Translations under genes and position numbers: made by a program
DNA from: Sphaerodactylus townsendi
Taxonomy: Eukaryota
Assembly: GCF_021028975.2 (NCBI RefSeq)
Contig: NC_059441.1
Coordinates: forward strand, 5,961,266-6,016,000
Direction of reading: 5' to 3'
DNA: 54,735 bases
Part shown: positions 41,451 through 54,099 of the stretch, one piece after another
How positions within the stretch are numbered: the first letter of the stretch is position 1
How the letters are laid out: every line of letters starts with the position of its first letter
Notes under the pieces: generated by a model
What the model was told of the DNA's origin: nothing
What the model saw: only the letters and a program-made list of their open reading frames with translations
The model's database searches: none

Positions 41451-44400
41451 CTACAGCATGCTGTAATAGGCTGACTCGTTGGTGGGGTTCCCTCCCACGC
41501 CGTACTCATAGGGGTTCTCTTCGTCCTCGTAGTCCTCCATCTCCTGCGGCCCATCCAGGTCTGCGTGGTCACCGGTGGTCAGCTCCAGCATGGGGTCTGC
41601 AGGGAGGAGAGGGGGACAGCAAACGCATGGCCATGAAACCCTCCAGTAGGACTGTGCCGGCCTTTGGCGGGCACATCCCCAGATGGCCTGCAGGGGGAGC
41701 TGCAGCACAGCATGGCACGTCCCCGGATGGCCTGCAGGGGGAGCTGCAGCACAGCATGGCACGTCCCCGGATGGCCTGCAGGGGGAGCTGCAGCACAGCA
41801 TGGCACGTCCCCGGATGGCCTGCAGGGGGAGCTGCAGCACAGCATGGCACGTCCCCGGATGGCCTGCAGGGGGAGCTGCAGCACAGCATGGCACATCCCC
41901 AGATGGCCTGCAGGGGGAGCTGCAGCACAGCATGGCACGTCCCCGGATGGCCTGCAGGGGGAGCTGCAGCACAGCGCGGCACATCCCCAGATGGCCTGCA
42001 GGGGGAGCTGCAGCACAGCATGGCACGTCCCCAGATGGCCTGCAGGGGGAGCTGCAGCACAGCGCGGCACCCACCTTGGCTGTCCAGACTGACGTCCATC
42101 ACCCCGTGCTTGACCTTCATGTGGCGACTGAGGTTCCCCTTCAGGTTGAACTTGCTGGAGCAGTAAGGGCACTTGAAGGGCTTGCTGCCCGCATGCAGGT
42201 GCATGTGGCCCAGGAGGTTGTACATGCGGTTGAAGGATTTCCCACACACCTGGGAGGGGCAAAGAAGAGGAGGAGGAGAAGGAGGAAAGAGGGGCCCGGA
42301 CTTGCCTCTGCAGCATGCGGGGCTTCTGCCCACCCCCGGTCCCTGCAGCACCGGCTGGAGACCTGAGTTCAAATCCCAGCCCAGCAAGGCTCTGCGCACG
42401 GGGGGGGGGGGGGCGCACTGCGGACGATATGCACCCCAGCACGCTTGGGACAAGGGAGCTCATCCGGAGGCCAGCTGTCCTTTGCCCCGCCCTCCCAGCC
42501 CCAGCCAGCTGCCCATGCAGGCAGTCCTGTTCCCCACCCCCGCCTGGGCTGCTGCTTGTTGCAGGCCCGGCCCTGGCCGACTACCTTGCACTTGAAGGGC
42601 TTGACCGGCGAGTGCACAATCATGTGGGTCTTGAGCGTCTGCTTCTGCACGAAGGTCTTGAAGCAGATGTGGCACTGGTACGGGCGCACGCTGGTGTGGA
42701 TCAGCAGGTGCCGCTTCATGTTGGCCTGCAGCGTGAACTCTCGGCCACACACGTCGCACTTGAACTCCTTCACGCCCTGCAAGCGGCGGCAGGCACAGGC
42801 TGGGCACCAGGAGAGCCAGGGGGCTGCCCGCCCACCCACCCGCCGGACCTCTCCTTGCCCAAGGGCAGCCTCTCCTTCACGGGACAGCTCCCAGGGCAGA
42901 TGGGGCCCTGGGCAGGCTGCCCTGGGTAGGCCAGCAAGGGTGGGAGGGGGGGCACTTGTGCTGTTGAGCCTCTGATTTCAGGGAGCTGTGGGGATCGCTG
43001 CTGCCCTTTTGTGGGCCGGCCTTCTCCAGGGCTCCGGCAACAGCCCCCCCAGGCACAGAAAAGCTCAGTCCTCCGGCCCTTCTGGGGCGTGACCAGAACA
43101 CCCCAGGGCCCCGGGACACATGAAACAAATGGCACCGTCTGCTGGGCCCTGCGTCTCCCCCCCACCCACACAGCGCGGTCCCTCGGCCAGCCTACCTTGT
43201 GGGTCAGGGAGTGCTGCTTCAGGTGGTGGATCTGGCTGAACTCCATGCCGCACTCGGTGCAGACGAAGGGCCGCACGTTCTGGTGCTTGAGCATGTGGTT
43301 CTGCAGCTGGCTGCGGTAGTGGAAGGCCTTGCTGCACTCGGGGCAGGGGTAGAGGGTGGGCCCCTGGTGGGTGGCCAGGTGGCGCTTGAGCTGCGGGAGG
43401 GTGGAGAAGTCCAGGCCGCACTCCACGCAGACGTGGCAGCGCCCGCTCTCGTGCTTGCCCTCGTGGGCCTTCAGCTCGCTGGGGTAGGCGAAGCCGCGGC
43501 CACAGAAGCGGCAGCTGTAGGGCTTGACGTCCGANNNNNNNNNNNNNNNNNNNNNNNNNNNNNNNNNNNNNNNNNNNNNNNNNNNNNNNNNNNNNNNNNN
43601 NNNNNNNNNNNNNNNNNNNNNNNNNNNNNNNNNNNNNNNNNNNNNNNNNNNNNNNNNNNNNNNNNNNNNNNAGTGGGGGCAGGAGTGGGGCTTGACCCCG
43701 TTGTGGCCCAGGATGTGCGTCACCAGGTTGTACTTGGAGGTGTACGACTTCTCGCACAGGCGGCACTGCCAGCGCTTCTCCACCAGGTACGAGTCGTCGA
43801 TCTGCACGTTGATGTCCAGCCGGTCCAGCTGGGCCTTCTTGCTGTGCTCCCCGTGGGCCTCCGGCTCGAAGTCCAGCGGCTCCTGCCAGGCAAAGCCCGG
43901 CTTGGCCTGGTCCTGCTCCGGGGGCACGTCCAGCGCGTGCTCCCCTGCGTGGGTCAAGGCTGGCACGGGGGCCTGGAAGCCGTAGTCGCCAGGCAGGGCC
44001 TCCATGCTCTCGGGGCCGCTGGGCAGGGGCGGGCTGGGAAGGCCCTCCTTGCGCTCCCCAGGGGAGAGCTCTTGGTGCGAGGGCCGTCGCAGGCTCCGGA
44101 GGCACCGCGGCTTGCGGCTGTACGCGCTGAGGTCTATCATTTTCGTGGCACTGCTCTGGACAGCCTGCTCGGGGTTGGGCTCCTCCATGCAGGCGGGGGG
44201 GCTGGGAGGCTGCGCTTCTCCGTCTCCATTTGGGGCAGCCGACCCGGAGCCCCGCTCGTCCTGTTCCGCCTCGCTGTTCTCATGCTTCACTTTGGGCAGT
44301 AGTCTGACGGGCGGCCGCTTCCTCCGCCGGGCGTGCTTCCCGAACGGCGCCTCTGCCTCCACGCCCTCCTCCTCGGGAAGGTCCGCCTGGCCTTGGCCCT

Positions 44401-44623
44401 CACACTCCTGGGGGCAGTCCCCGCCTGCCTGCTCCGGCTCCACAGCCGCCGCTGCCGGGTCTTCCAGCTCACTGGCAAACCCTGGGAAAAAGCCTCCGGG
44501 GCTGGCAGTGGCCCCAAACCACTCGTTCTCAGCCACCAGGCCCCAGTGTGGGACTGCTGCTTGCGCCAGAGACAAAACCACCACCGCCTCCGTCTGCGTT
44601 CCAGAGTCCGCAAACCGGTCCAT
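41451..44623 (-). CDS. ZNF710: Zinc finger protein 710 (C2H2 array)
   Basis: Coding exons 44623-43196 (137-N gap at 43535-43671), 42776-42585, 42249-42075, 41596-41451. DSGTQTEAVVVLSLAQAAV, KMIDLSA, KKAQLDRLDINVQIDDSYLVE, tandem C2H2 fingers, C-terminal AYYSML. Acceptor at 44654/44653 implies upstream non-coding exon(s). Confidence 0.95.
41670..42070. repeat. 44-bp GC-rich minisatellite, nine units, in the last ZNF710 intron
   Basis: Unit GGCAC[G/A]TCCCC[G/A]GATGGCCTGCAGGGGGAGCTGCAGCACAGC[AT/GC] x9 plus GGCAC. Confidence 0.95.
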
Positions 44624-44901
44624 ATCGCACACCATCAAGCACAGCGTCCGTTTCTGGAAAAAGAAGAGAGGGAAGCAATCAGCCATTCTTGCCCCCAGAG
44701 GGGCACTCCGGGCCAGAACCCACGGAGCTCAGCAGCTCAGCAAAGCGGTGGGGGAGGGGAGGGGAACTGACAAAGGAGTTCCTGTAAAACCACCGATTTC
44801 CCAGACACAAACTCTAGTAGCCCTAAAAGCAGAAGCCACGTTGAGGCCTTTTGGAGGACCAACCAGCGTCGTCAATCAGCAAGGGAGTTTTCAGAATCAC
44901 A

Positions 44902-45042
44902 GGCTCCTTCCGCACAGGCAGAATAATGCACTTTCAAACTGCTTTCAGTGCTCTTTGAAGCTGTGCGGAATAGCAACGTCCACTAGCAAACAGTTGTGAA
45001 AGTGGTTTGAAAATGCATTATTTTGCGTGTGCGGAAGGGGCC
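44902..45042. mobile_element. Short MITE with long imperfect TIRs (Harbinger-like)
   Basis: GGCTCCTTCCGCACAGGCAGAATAATGCACTTTCAAAC ... GTTTGAAAATGCATTATTTTGCGTGTGCGGAAGGGGCC. Confidence 0.75.
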
Positions 45043-46205
45043 ATAATAGACTTGCTGCTGGACTTAGTGTGGTGGTGGTTGCTGTTTTTTTTTTAAAAAA
45101 AGGTGTGTCAGGAGGGGAGCGATTTCCAGGCCTCATGAAAGGCGGAGCCCCCCCCCCCCCCCCAAGTCTCCACCATTGGAAATGGCTCCCCGTCCAGGAC
45201 CATTTGCCCAGGTGGCCTCCTGCTGCCTCTATTAAGCAATGGATGAGAATTTCCCACAGGCTGACTTTGGTTCTCACGGCCTTGAAAAAGGGGGCGCCTG
45301 GGCTGGGAGGGCGTGGCTGCAGTTTAGAGCCCCGCCCCCATCATTCTGGGCAGGGAGGGGAGGGGAGACCATGTGACAAACCAGTAAAGGGCTACCCTAA
45401 GAAGAAGCTCTCTTGCCACACGTGTCCTGAAAGCATTCTTCACAGCCCCCACTGGCTCAGCCGGCCCCAGCACAAGCGCGCCCCCCCCCTCCCCAGGACC
45501 TTCCGATTCTTTCACCAAGTTTTTACCCTTGAAAAGGACTTTAAAACAACGGGGTAACCGGACCTTCACAAAATGGAGAACTTTTAATGACCCATGAGCA
45601 GGCAGGTGAGTGTGCAGCGCCAGGTGAGAGAGGTGTGGCAAATGGGGCATCTACTAAAACAGATCTCCGGATGCCGACACGTAGCTGATGCAGCGCCGGA
45701 ACAGCCAGTCAGCTTCCTCCGTTCTCAGCACAGAAGAGAAATCAACCCCCCCCCCCACCCACGAAGAGATTTCAGCAACAGCACTGGGCCCACAGAGCCA
45801 GCGGCCTCACCCCCGCCCCCCCAGTTTCCAGGCTGATGAAGGTCCTGTGACAACCATATACAGAAGCAAGCAAGCAGGCCCCGATCCCAAGCTCCCTCTG
45901 CAGCGTGGTGGGGAGGGGGCACGGGGTATCCCGTCGGCACCGTCCTGCCTCCACCTGCCATTGGGCCTCTGCAAGGCAAGGCTCAAATCCCCGCCTGAAA
46001 ACATGCTTAACCCCAAAACAGCCCACCTGGCAGCCTCCCCCGACCCAGGGCCAAGAGGAGTGGCGTAGCTACGGAAAATGGAGCCCGGGGCAGACTCTGA
46101 ATTTTCCAACCCCCCCCCCCCCGAATGCCACACACCATTCCTCTACCCACACGGCCAACTGGGACAAAACAGACAGAAGACCCATCACGGGTCAACAACA
46201 ATAAC

Positions 46206-46508
46206 AAGAAGAAGAAGAAGAGTTTGGATTTATATCCCCCCTTTCTCTCCTGCAGGACACTCAAAGGGGCTGACAATCTCCTTGCCCTTCCCCTCTCACA
46301 ACAAACACCCTGTGAGGTGGGTGGGGCTGAGAGAGCTCCGAGAAGCTGTGACTAGCCCGGGGGCACGCAGCTGGCGTGTGTGGGGGAGCCCAGGCTAATC
46401 TGAATTCCCCAGAGAAGCCTCCACAGCTCAGGCGGCAGAGCTGGCAATCAAACCCGGTTCTCCAGATTAGATACACGAGCTCTTAACCTCCTACGCCACT
46501 GCTGCTCC
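46206..46508 (-). mobile_element. Squam3-like SINE
   Basis: (AAG)n tail and full body on the - strand. Confidence 0.82.
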
Positions 46509-48265
46509 TACAGAAGACCCATCATGGGTCTTTTGGAGACCCTCTGGTCACCCCAGGGGGCACAGACGAAGCAGCAGCAGCAGCACACGCTGGGCATGCG
46601 ATCCTGGCATCTGGCCAGGCCAGCAGAGGCCCTGCACTGACAGACCCAGGCCACCAGGGGGGGCTGCTCAAGCCACGCCCCATCCACCCCTCCTCCTGCA
46701 TTCACCAGGGCCGCTCTCGCTGCGGCTCTTCCCAGCAACCCTTGCTCTCACCCTTCCCTCCCTATCGATCATGCAGGCTGATTAGATGGGCGGGGCCTAA
46801 CCCCCAAGGAGCCCCCACCCCCCTTGCAGGACCCCTCCCACTGCAAATCCAGGGCTGAAGCCAGGAGGGGGGGTGGGCGAAACACGCGCAACCACAACAC
46901 AATCCCCGTCTTTATTAAACAGCAACCAGAGTGGAGTTGGGAGAGCCAACCCTCTCGGCTCCCGTGTGCCTCTGCAAGGGACGCTGAGGGGCAGAAGGAT
47001 TGCAAGTACTGGTGCTGGTCCACAATCCTCAGCCGAGGCCTCTGTCATGGTGCTGGAACCCGGCCGGCACACCCACCTGGTGGCCCGTGGATGCATCCTG
47101 CCCATGGAAACTCTTGCCAGGATCAAGCCTTGGCGGGCAGGTGCCTCCGCACCTTAAAAAGGGGCCCAAATAAAGGACAGTCAGCAGCAGCTATGAAAAG
47201 TCTCACTCGAGCACTTGGCCCTTCTAGCCACGGGGGGGGGGGGGGGTGGGGGGTGGCACAGGTGGGCCACGGGGCCACTCTTCACCCACCTTGGAAAGGA
47301 GTGGCAGCAAAAGGCCTCTTGGGGCTCTGACCCATCACAAGGGACCCTGAATGCTCCGTCACCTGTGACTGGAGTGGGGGGGGGGGGGCGCTTTCCAGCG
47401 GCATACAGGGTATAGCCTCAGCCGTGAAGCTGCCTGCGTCCACAGGTGGGGCTATCCCCTGCATGCCACTGCCACGCTCTGCCCACTTTTCTCTGGCAGG
47501 AGCCAGCCCTTCTCCGGAGCCCTCTGCTGGGAGGCACAGCCAGTGACGGCTGAGAGGGAAGGGCTGTGCAGCTGAGGCATGGGGAGGTCCATGAAGGGGT
47601 GAGAGACGGTGACAGTCCGGGGGTGAGGCAGGGCTTCCCCTCCCTGGCTCACCTGTGTGGGGGAGGTCCACGGCCTTGCAGCCCAGTCATGGGCGGGGGG
47701 GGGGGGGGGGAGAGGTTCCAGTTCCGGAAGCCAAGTGCCTCCTCTCTGCATTCTGAACCGCGCCGTGTTCTCCTGCATTGTTCACGCTCTGAGCCCTCTT
47801 CCTCCACACAACGTGGTCCCATTTCAGCTGCGACGTCAACACACGGCAGGCCCCAAAGGAAGTAGCTCTGCTTTCCCTGCTGGCCCCTAGCTGCCCCCCC
47901 CCCCCCAAGACCAGCCTTGGCCCCAGCAACTCCGGATCCTGAGAACCCCCCCTCCCAAAAAACCGGAAGGCTCAGAAAGCACAGCCTGGCCCCAAACAGC
48001 CCCAGCGCTGCAGGGGTTCCGGTTCCCTTTTCTGGCATGCGGGGTCGTTGGCTGAAGCTGAAGGCGGGAGATTCAAAACAGGCAGAAGGAAGAGTTCCTT
48101 CATGCAGTGCATGGTGCAGCTGTGGAACTCCCTGCCCCAGGATGGGGTGTGAAGGCTGCCAAACTTGGAAGGGGAGAAGAGGGCTGTCCAGGGCTACTGG
48201 TCAAAATGGATACTAGTCACGATGCACACCCATTTCCAGTATTCAAGGAGCAGGCCTGTTACATT

Positions 48266-48393
48266 CAGGGGGCTGCAACCTGCGGCTCTCCAGCTGTTCA
48301 TGGACTACAATTCCCATCAGCCCCTGCCAGCATGGCCAAATGGTAGAATTGTAGTTCATGAACATCTGGAGAGCCGCAGGGTGCAGACCCCTG
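48266..48393. mobile_element. hAT MITE
   Basis: CAGGGGGCTGCAACCTGCGGCTCTCCAG ... CTGGAGAGCCGCAGGGTGCAGACCCCTG hairpin. Confidence 0.75.
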
Positions 48394-49190
48394 CAGTAAA
48401 TGCTGTGGACTTGTCAGAGGCACCTGGTCGGCCACCGTGTTATGGGCCATGGTCTTATGTGCAAACCCCCCCCCCCCACACACATAGACAAACCCTCTGT
48501 CTTGGAGCACACGGAGTCGGAGTCTCCTCTCCTCCGCTGCTCTGCCTCTCTCGTTCTCTCCGTTTCCCTGGCAACCCCTCTCTCTGCTGGGCGGGTCTCT
48601 TCCCTCCGCCTCTTCCCTCTCTCTTCCCTCTCTCATCCATCAGCCCCCTCCTCTCCTTTCTCCCCGCTCTGCCTCCAGGTGACGCCTGACCGGGCCCTTC
48701 CTCCGGGAAGCCCTCCCAGCCAGGTCTGCCTCCTGGGGCCGCCCTCAGCCCCCGCCCCCATTTCAGCTCTCTCAAAGACAGACCGCCTCCTGCCCCCCAC
48801 CAGCACTCTTGGGCAAGCCATGTTGCTCAGGGTGGCCCCTCCTGCAAAGGTGCCGGGTGACATACAGCACTCACCTTCCCCCCACGCCCCCCCCCCCTCA
48901 GCTTCACCTTGCTCAACCCTCTGGTCAAGTTTGACAGCCCCCCCCCTCACAGGTATCCTCTCCCCAAACACCCCCAGGAACAGCAATCACATGCCTGCAC
49001 ATTCACCTGCCACAGAAACAGATGAAGGGAGTGGCCACCTTGCCGGATCAGGTCCTGCTAGCCAGCCACTGTTTTTTCCAGTCTAATGCTACCTGGGTGG
49101 TACTCAGGTGCTGCAGTCAGACCACCCATTCCAGCCCTCATAGGATGGCTTCCCCCTTAATATCCATGGCCAATTGTCCAAGCCCTAAAT

Positions 49191-49329
49191 CAGGGGTCTG
49201 CAACCTACAGTTCTCCAGATATTCGTGGACTACAAATCCCATCAGCCCCGGCCAACTGGCCATGCTGGCAGGGGCTGATGGGATTTGTAGTCCACGAACA
49301 TCTGGACAGCAGCAGGTTGCAGACCCCTG
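49191..49329. mobile_element. hAT MITE
   Basis: CAGGGGTCTGCAACCT ... AGGTTGCAGACCCCTG with 8-bp TSD CCCTAAAT. Confidence 0.85.
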
Positions 49330-52300
49330 CCCTAAATCATCATCATTATAATTATCCCCCTCCCCCCTAGTAGAATGTGCCGGTATATTTGTGGCTGGCC
49401 GAGACTCCAGGAAAGATGACACACTGGCAGTGAGGGCAGCACAGGGGAGCCGTCCTGTGAAGGAAGAGGCCGTCTTGCACCAGGCAGAGTTTGGCCCAGA
49501 GAAAGCCACCCAAACAGAGTCACTCAGTGCAAAACTTGGCTCACCCCGAAAAGTTTACCAAGTTCAGGCACAAGATGTCCTGGCTGCCCTTTGCAAGCTC
49601 TGGCGGAAGTGGAGCAGCATCCTCCGTTCCGCCACCTGGAAGCCAGCCTGATTGGTTCGCGGTGGAGACTCTGAGTCCTTCTCTGAAAGCAAAGAGGTCT
49701 CAGCCCAACAAAGACACCGAACGAAGCCGACAAAGGAGTCATTAACAGGAATAAGTGGAACGCCCTTCCCAAAGCCGGCAAGGGCCAGGGCTCCCGTCCA
49801 CAATGCCGGCCAGACCAATCCCCAACACAAAACAAACACCCCTCCCCTGCCGACACGCTGCTCCTGCCCCACCTGTGCTGCGACATCCGAGCCAAGAGGA
49901 GCCAGCAGGAAATAGTGCTCTCTTCTCCCCCCGCCCCCCCCCCCGCCGCCCCACCTCCTGTCCCCCTGCTGGTTGCTGCTGTTGGTGCACAAGCACAAGA
50001 GGCTAATGACATGCGAGGATGCCAGATACTGCCCAGTGGACGTGAGCAGGGACCGGAAGGGTTCCTTTTCCTGGTTCCAGCCCTCCACACCCGAGAAATC
50101 AAAGCCAGAAGAGCCCGAGATCTGCCTGGGGCAGCTTGATAGAGTCCTCTGCAAATGACTGGAAAAAGGGGCAGATCCCCCCCCCTCGGCCCCCCACAGG
50201 ACAACTGGGAGGGCAGGACAGAGATCTGAAGATGGATCTTCTCTTCTTGCATTTTCTTTAACAGTGAAAAGCAGCTGAAGGAGGGGGTGGAACGGACCCA
50301 AACTGGATTGGGACCAGGAAGAAAGCGGGGGACTGGGGGGGGGCGGGGCGGACAGTGCTCTTCCCCCAGGGCAAATGACCCCAAGCTGTTGTTTGCCTTC
50401 AGAGCGAAAAGACAGGAGGGAAGGGGGGGGTCTTTGCTGTGAGATTCTGCTCAAAGATTCCCTGTTCTCTGCCTCAAAAACATAATTTTTTTTGCTGAAA
50501 TAAGTGGAAAGAAAGGAGGAGAGAGACTTTCAAGTTCCCCTCTGCACAAACGACTTCCCTTCCTTCATGTTCCCTGTCCGCTCTGAAAATAGAAAAGCTA
50601 TTCAAAGGTGGGGGGGGGAGAGAGAGAGAGAGAGAGAGAGGAACTGAATAGAGGAACAAGGAAAGAGAAAGAACTGGAGCCTCAAGGGGGTGGAGAGAAA
50701 CAGAATGAAAAGGGATGAAAAATAAAGGAGGGGGAAGGGAGGGGGGGAAGAGGCAGAGCAGCTCTGAAAAGAACGAGCGAGCGCTCCCAGGCTGCACTCA
50801 GCCTATATAGAAGGGGGGGGGGGCGTAGGAAGGAGGGGGAGCCTTTGAAAAGAAACAGCAGCCACACAAAATGACCCTGGCCTCCATCGCAGGGCAGGCC
50901 AGCCACTCTCAGCCTCCTTCCTTACATTCCCCCTCTTTTTTTCGAGGGGGGGGGAAGGGAAGGAGAGAAAAGAGAAAGAATCCTTAACTGGGTAGGAAAA
51001 TAAATCTGGTCAAATGAGAGAGAGAAGAAGCCATTTTTAAGGCTCCACATCTAAGGACACCCCCCCTCCAAACACGTGGTGCCACATAGAAAACAGACTG
51101 AAAAGGCCTCTATCTAACCTGCAAAAGACTCGCAAAGGCAAGAAGGGACAAGCTCAGACCCCCCCCCCCCCCCCCCCCCCCCGGCACAGCAGCTCCCCCC
51201 TCCCTGCCCCCCCTCCTCTTTACCTTGAAGGAACACTTGGAGCCCAGATCAGGCGGTCTGGTCCACTCAGGCGGCTGCTCTTGCACCGGCCGAGGGCAGC
51301 GGTGACAGGCGGCAAAGGACAACGGGATGCACAGCACTGGACCCCCGACTTGGGGGGCAGCGGGACACGCCCTGTAGAGCAGAGAGATCCAAACACACAC
51401 CGGTTGAGCTCAGCCTGCACCAGATTGACTTAATTTTTGATTGGGAGCTCTAATGGGAGTTTTTAAACGGTGGACTTCTTACTGGGTTCTTATAACAGTT
51501 GTTGAATTGTGCTTTTATTCATTCTAACCATGTTGGATCTATAATGTAGGCTGCCTCCGGTTCTGGAAGGGAAGAGAAAGATGGCTACTAAACAAACAAG
51601 GACCATCTCACAAACGCTTGCGCGTGGAGCTGCCTTTGACACAACCAGCAATTGTGTCAGTGCTTTTAAATGAAACTAAATCATAACCACTGGTTTATAA
51701 AATGCTGGCGAGTTTGCAATTCCCTTTTACGAATGTCTTTTGAATGTCTACCGCAGCAGCACACACACCATTTATAACACGCTTATGACGCACGGGGCAG
51801 ACATGTCATTCTAAGTCAGGTTTTCTGTCCCCCCCCACCCCAAAGGGCAGCCCAGCTTTCAAGGGGGGGTGAGAAGGGAGCCCCCCTCCCTGGTCCTGCT
51901 GCTGACAACTCCGCACCCCATGGCAGCCGCTGCAGCTGCCCCTCCTTTCCTACCAGAGCTTGATCAGCAGGCAACCAGAGGGACTTGGTAGCCCAGGCAG
52001 CCCCCGGAGAGCCGCCAGGGGAAGAAGCGGGCAAAGCACAGCCGCTGCTGCCTCCAGCACAAAAGGGCACCCACCCACCCAGCCTGCCTGCCTTGATCTT
52101 GCCCAGAGTCTGCCCAGACGAGGAGGCCACTTTCTGGAAACAGAGCCCAGGATCCCCAAGGTTGCCTTAGGACAGGGGGGTCCAACTCTGGGGCTTCAGA
52201 TGTTCATGGGCTCCAATTCCCATCCGCCCCTTAGAAGCAGCCAGAGAAATATTAGCCTTGCTGGACTGACCCATCTGGCATTCGAGGAGGTCAACCCCTC

Positions 52301-52779
52301 CCCCTCGGCCAGTGACCCACTAGGCCAGTGGTGGTGAACCTTTGGCACTCCAGATGTTATGGACTACAATTCCCATCNNNNNNNNNNNNNNNNNNNNNNN
52401 NNNNNNNNNNNNNNNNNNNNNNNNNNNNNNNNNNNNNNNNNNNNNNNNNNNNNNNNNNNNNNNNNNNNGGGGGGCAATCAGGGTCATCCGGCGGGCCGGA
52501 TGTGGCCCGAGGGCCGTATAATGCCCAGGTCTGGCCCAGAACATACAGCTCAGTGGTTGTTATTAGCGACGCAGGGCCTTGTGTGGAAGGTGCTGTCAAG
52601 TTGCAACAGACTTATGCAGACTCTGGAGGGTTTTCGGGGCCTGGATGGCCCTGGCTAGCCTGATTTCAACAGCCTTGGTTAGCATTTGGACGGGAGACCC
52701 CCAAGAAAGTCCACGGTTGCGACATAGATGCAGGCAAAGCCCCTCATTTTGTCTCTCGCCCTGACCTGCACGGCCAGGC

Positions 52780-52904
52780 GAACCCTGCCTGATCAGAACT
52801 CAGGAGCTAAGAAGGGTCGGATCTAGTTAGTACTAGGATGGGAGACCACCACGGAAGCCCAGGCTTGCTAGGCAGAGGCAGGAAATAGCGGCAAACCACC
52901 TCTG
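52780..52904 (+). mobile_element. 5S rRNA-derived SINE (SINE3)
   Basis: AGCTAAGAAGGGTCGGATCTAGTTAGTACTAGGATGGGAGACC matches the 5S rRNA internal control region (A box, IE, C box), followed by non-5S GCAGAGGCAGG...GGCAAACCACCTCTG. Confidence 0.75.
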
Positions 52905-53216
52905 AGGAGCAGCAGTGGCGTAGGAGGTTAAGAGCTCGTGTATCTAATCTGGAGGAACCGGGTTTGATTCTCCGCTCTGCCGCCTGAGCTGTGGAGGCTT
53001 ATCTGGGGAATTCAGATTAGCCTGTGCACTCCCACACACGCCAGCTGGGTGACCTTGGGCTAGTCACAGCTTCTCGGAGCTCTCTCAGCCCCACCTACCT
53101 CACAGGGTGTTTGTTGTGAGGGGGGAAGGGCAAGGAGATTGTCAGCCCCTTTGAGTCTCCTGCAGGAGAAGAAGTGGGGGATATAAATCCAAACTCCTCC
53201 TCCTCCTCCTTCTTCT
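52905..53216 (+). mobile_element. Squam3-like SINE
   Basis: Full copy with (CCT/CTT)n tail. Confidence 0.82.
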
Positions 53217-54099
53217 TGCCTTCCCCTGGGTGGCCAAGGCTGGCCCACACTTGTCAGGTCTCAAAAGCTAAGCAGGGTTGGCCCTGCTGGTGAGCAGTGG
53301 GTCCAGGAAGCTACAGCAAACCACCTCTGAGTATCTCTTGCCTTCAAACCCCCAAGACGACGCTTGCTACACACGTACAGGACAGGTATATGGGGTTCGG
53401 GGGCCAACAGAGGGGCGGGAGCAGTGCAGGCATCTTGCACTAAAGGGGAAACAGCAGGTGAGGGACTAGAGCGGCGGTTGAGAGAAACAGCCCCAAGATA
53501 AGCTGACCCCGTTTCTCTGTGCTGAGATTCTTGGGTTTAAGGAGGAGTCGCAAATGCAGCAATGATTTATTTTGACCAAAACACCGCAGTTCAGGACAAC
53601 CTGGGCAGGTGAGAGGCTGCGACGGACTGAAAGCAGATTTCTGCTGTCCTTTGCTGTCAACCCCCCACACCTGGCTAATTCTCTTCTTGCCTTGTGGTTA
53701 AAGGAAGGTGTCAGTGTGAATCACTCCAGGAGAAAGGGGGAGGGGGCGAGATCAACGGAAGTTAACTCAGCTATATTTTAGTCCAGTCGCACCTTAGATA
53801 CTTCAGGTACTAATTTCCCGCACCGATCTCTGTAATAGCAGCTCCTCACCCGGCGATTATTTCTGGCCACTTGCGAACTCCTCCCAGAACTGGCCCTGCC
53901 CGGTCAGGGCTGTGGGAGGGGGTTAGCTCAGGAAAGCCCCCCCCCCCAGCCCTCAAGTCTAGGTGGGGGAGTGCCTGTGCGTGGGGAAATAAACTCAGTG
54001 ACTCCCCCAACTTCCTGCCCCTGCGGGTGGGGTGGGGATCCATCTGCCCGGAACCACGGGGGGGGGGGTGGGGCGGTGGGTGCAGCAGCAGCAACGGGG

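Noticed and set aside
41569-42463. Independent Cys-rich repeat protein gene
   Set aside because: Translation of the intronic minisatellite; relevant only as a possible ZNF710 isoform (see findings).
51224-51414. Candidate non-coding ZNF710 exon on the - strand
   Set aside because: Donor AAG|GTAAA is plausible but the acceptor has a weak pyrimidine tract; unsupported without RNA data.
52780-52870. 5S rRNA gene
   Set aside because: Diverged, lacks the proper 5' end and T-run terminator, and continues into a SINE body.
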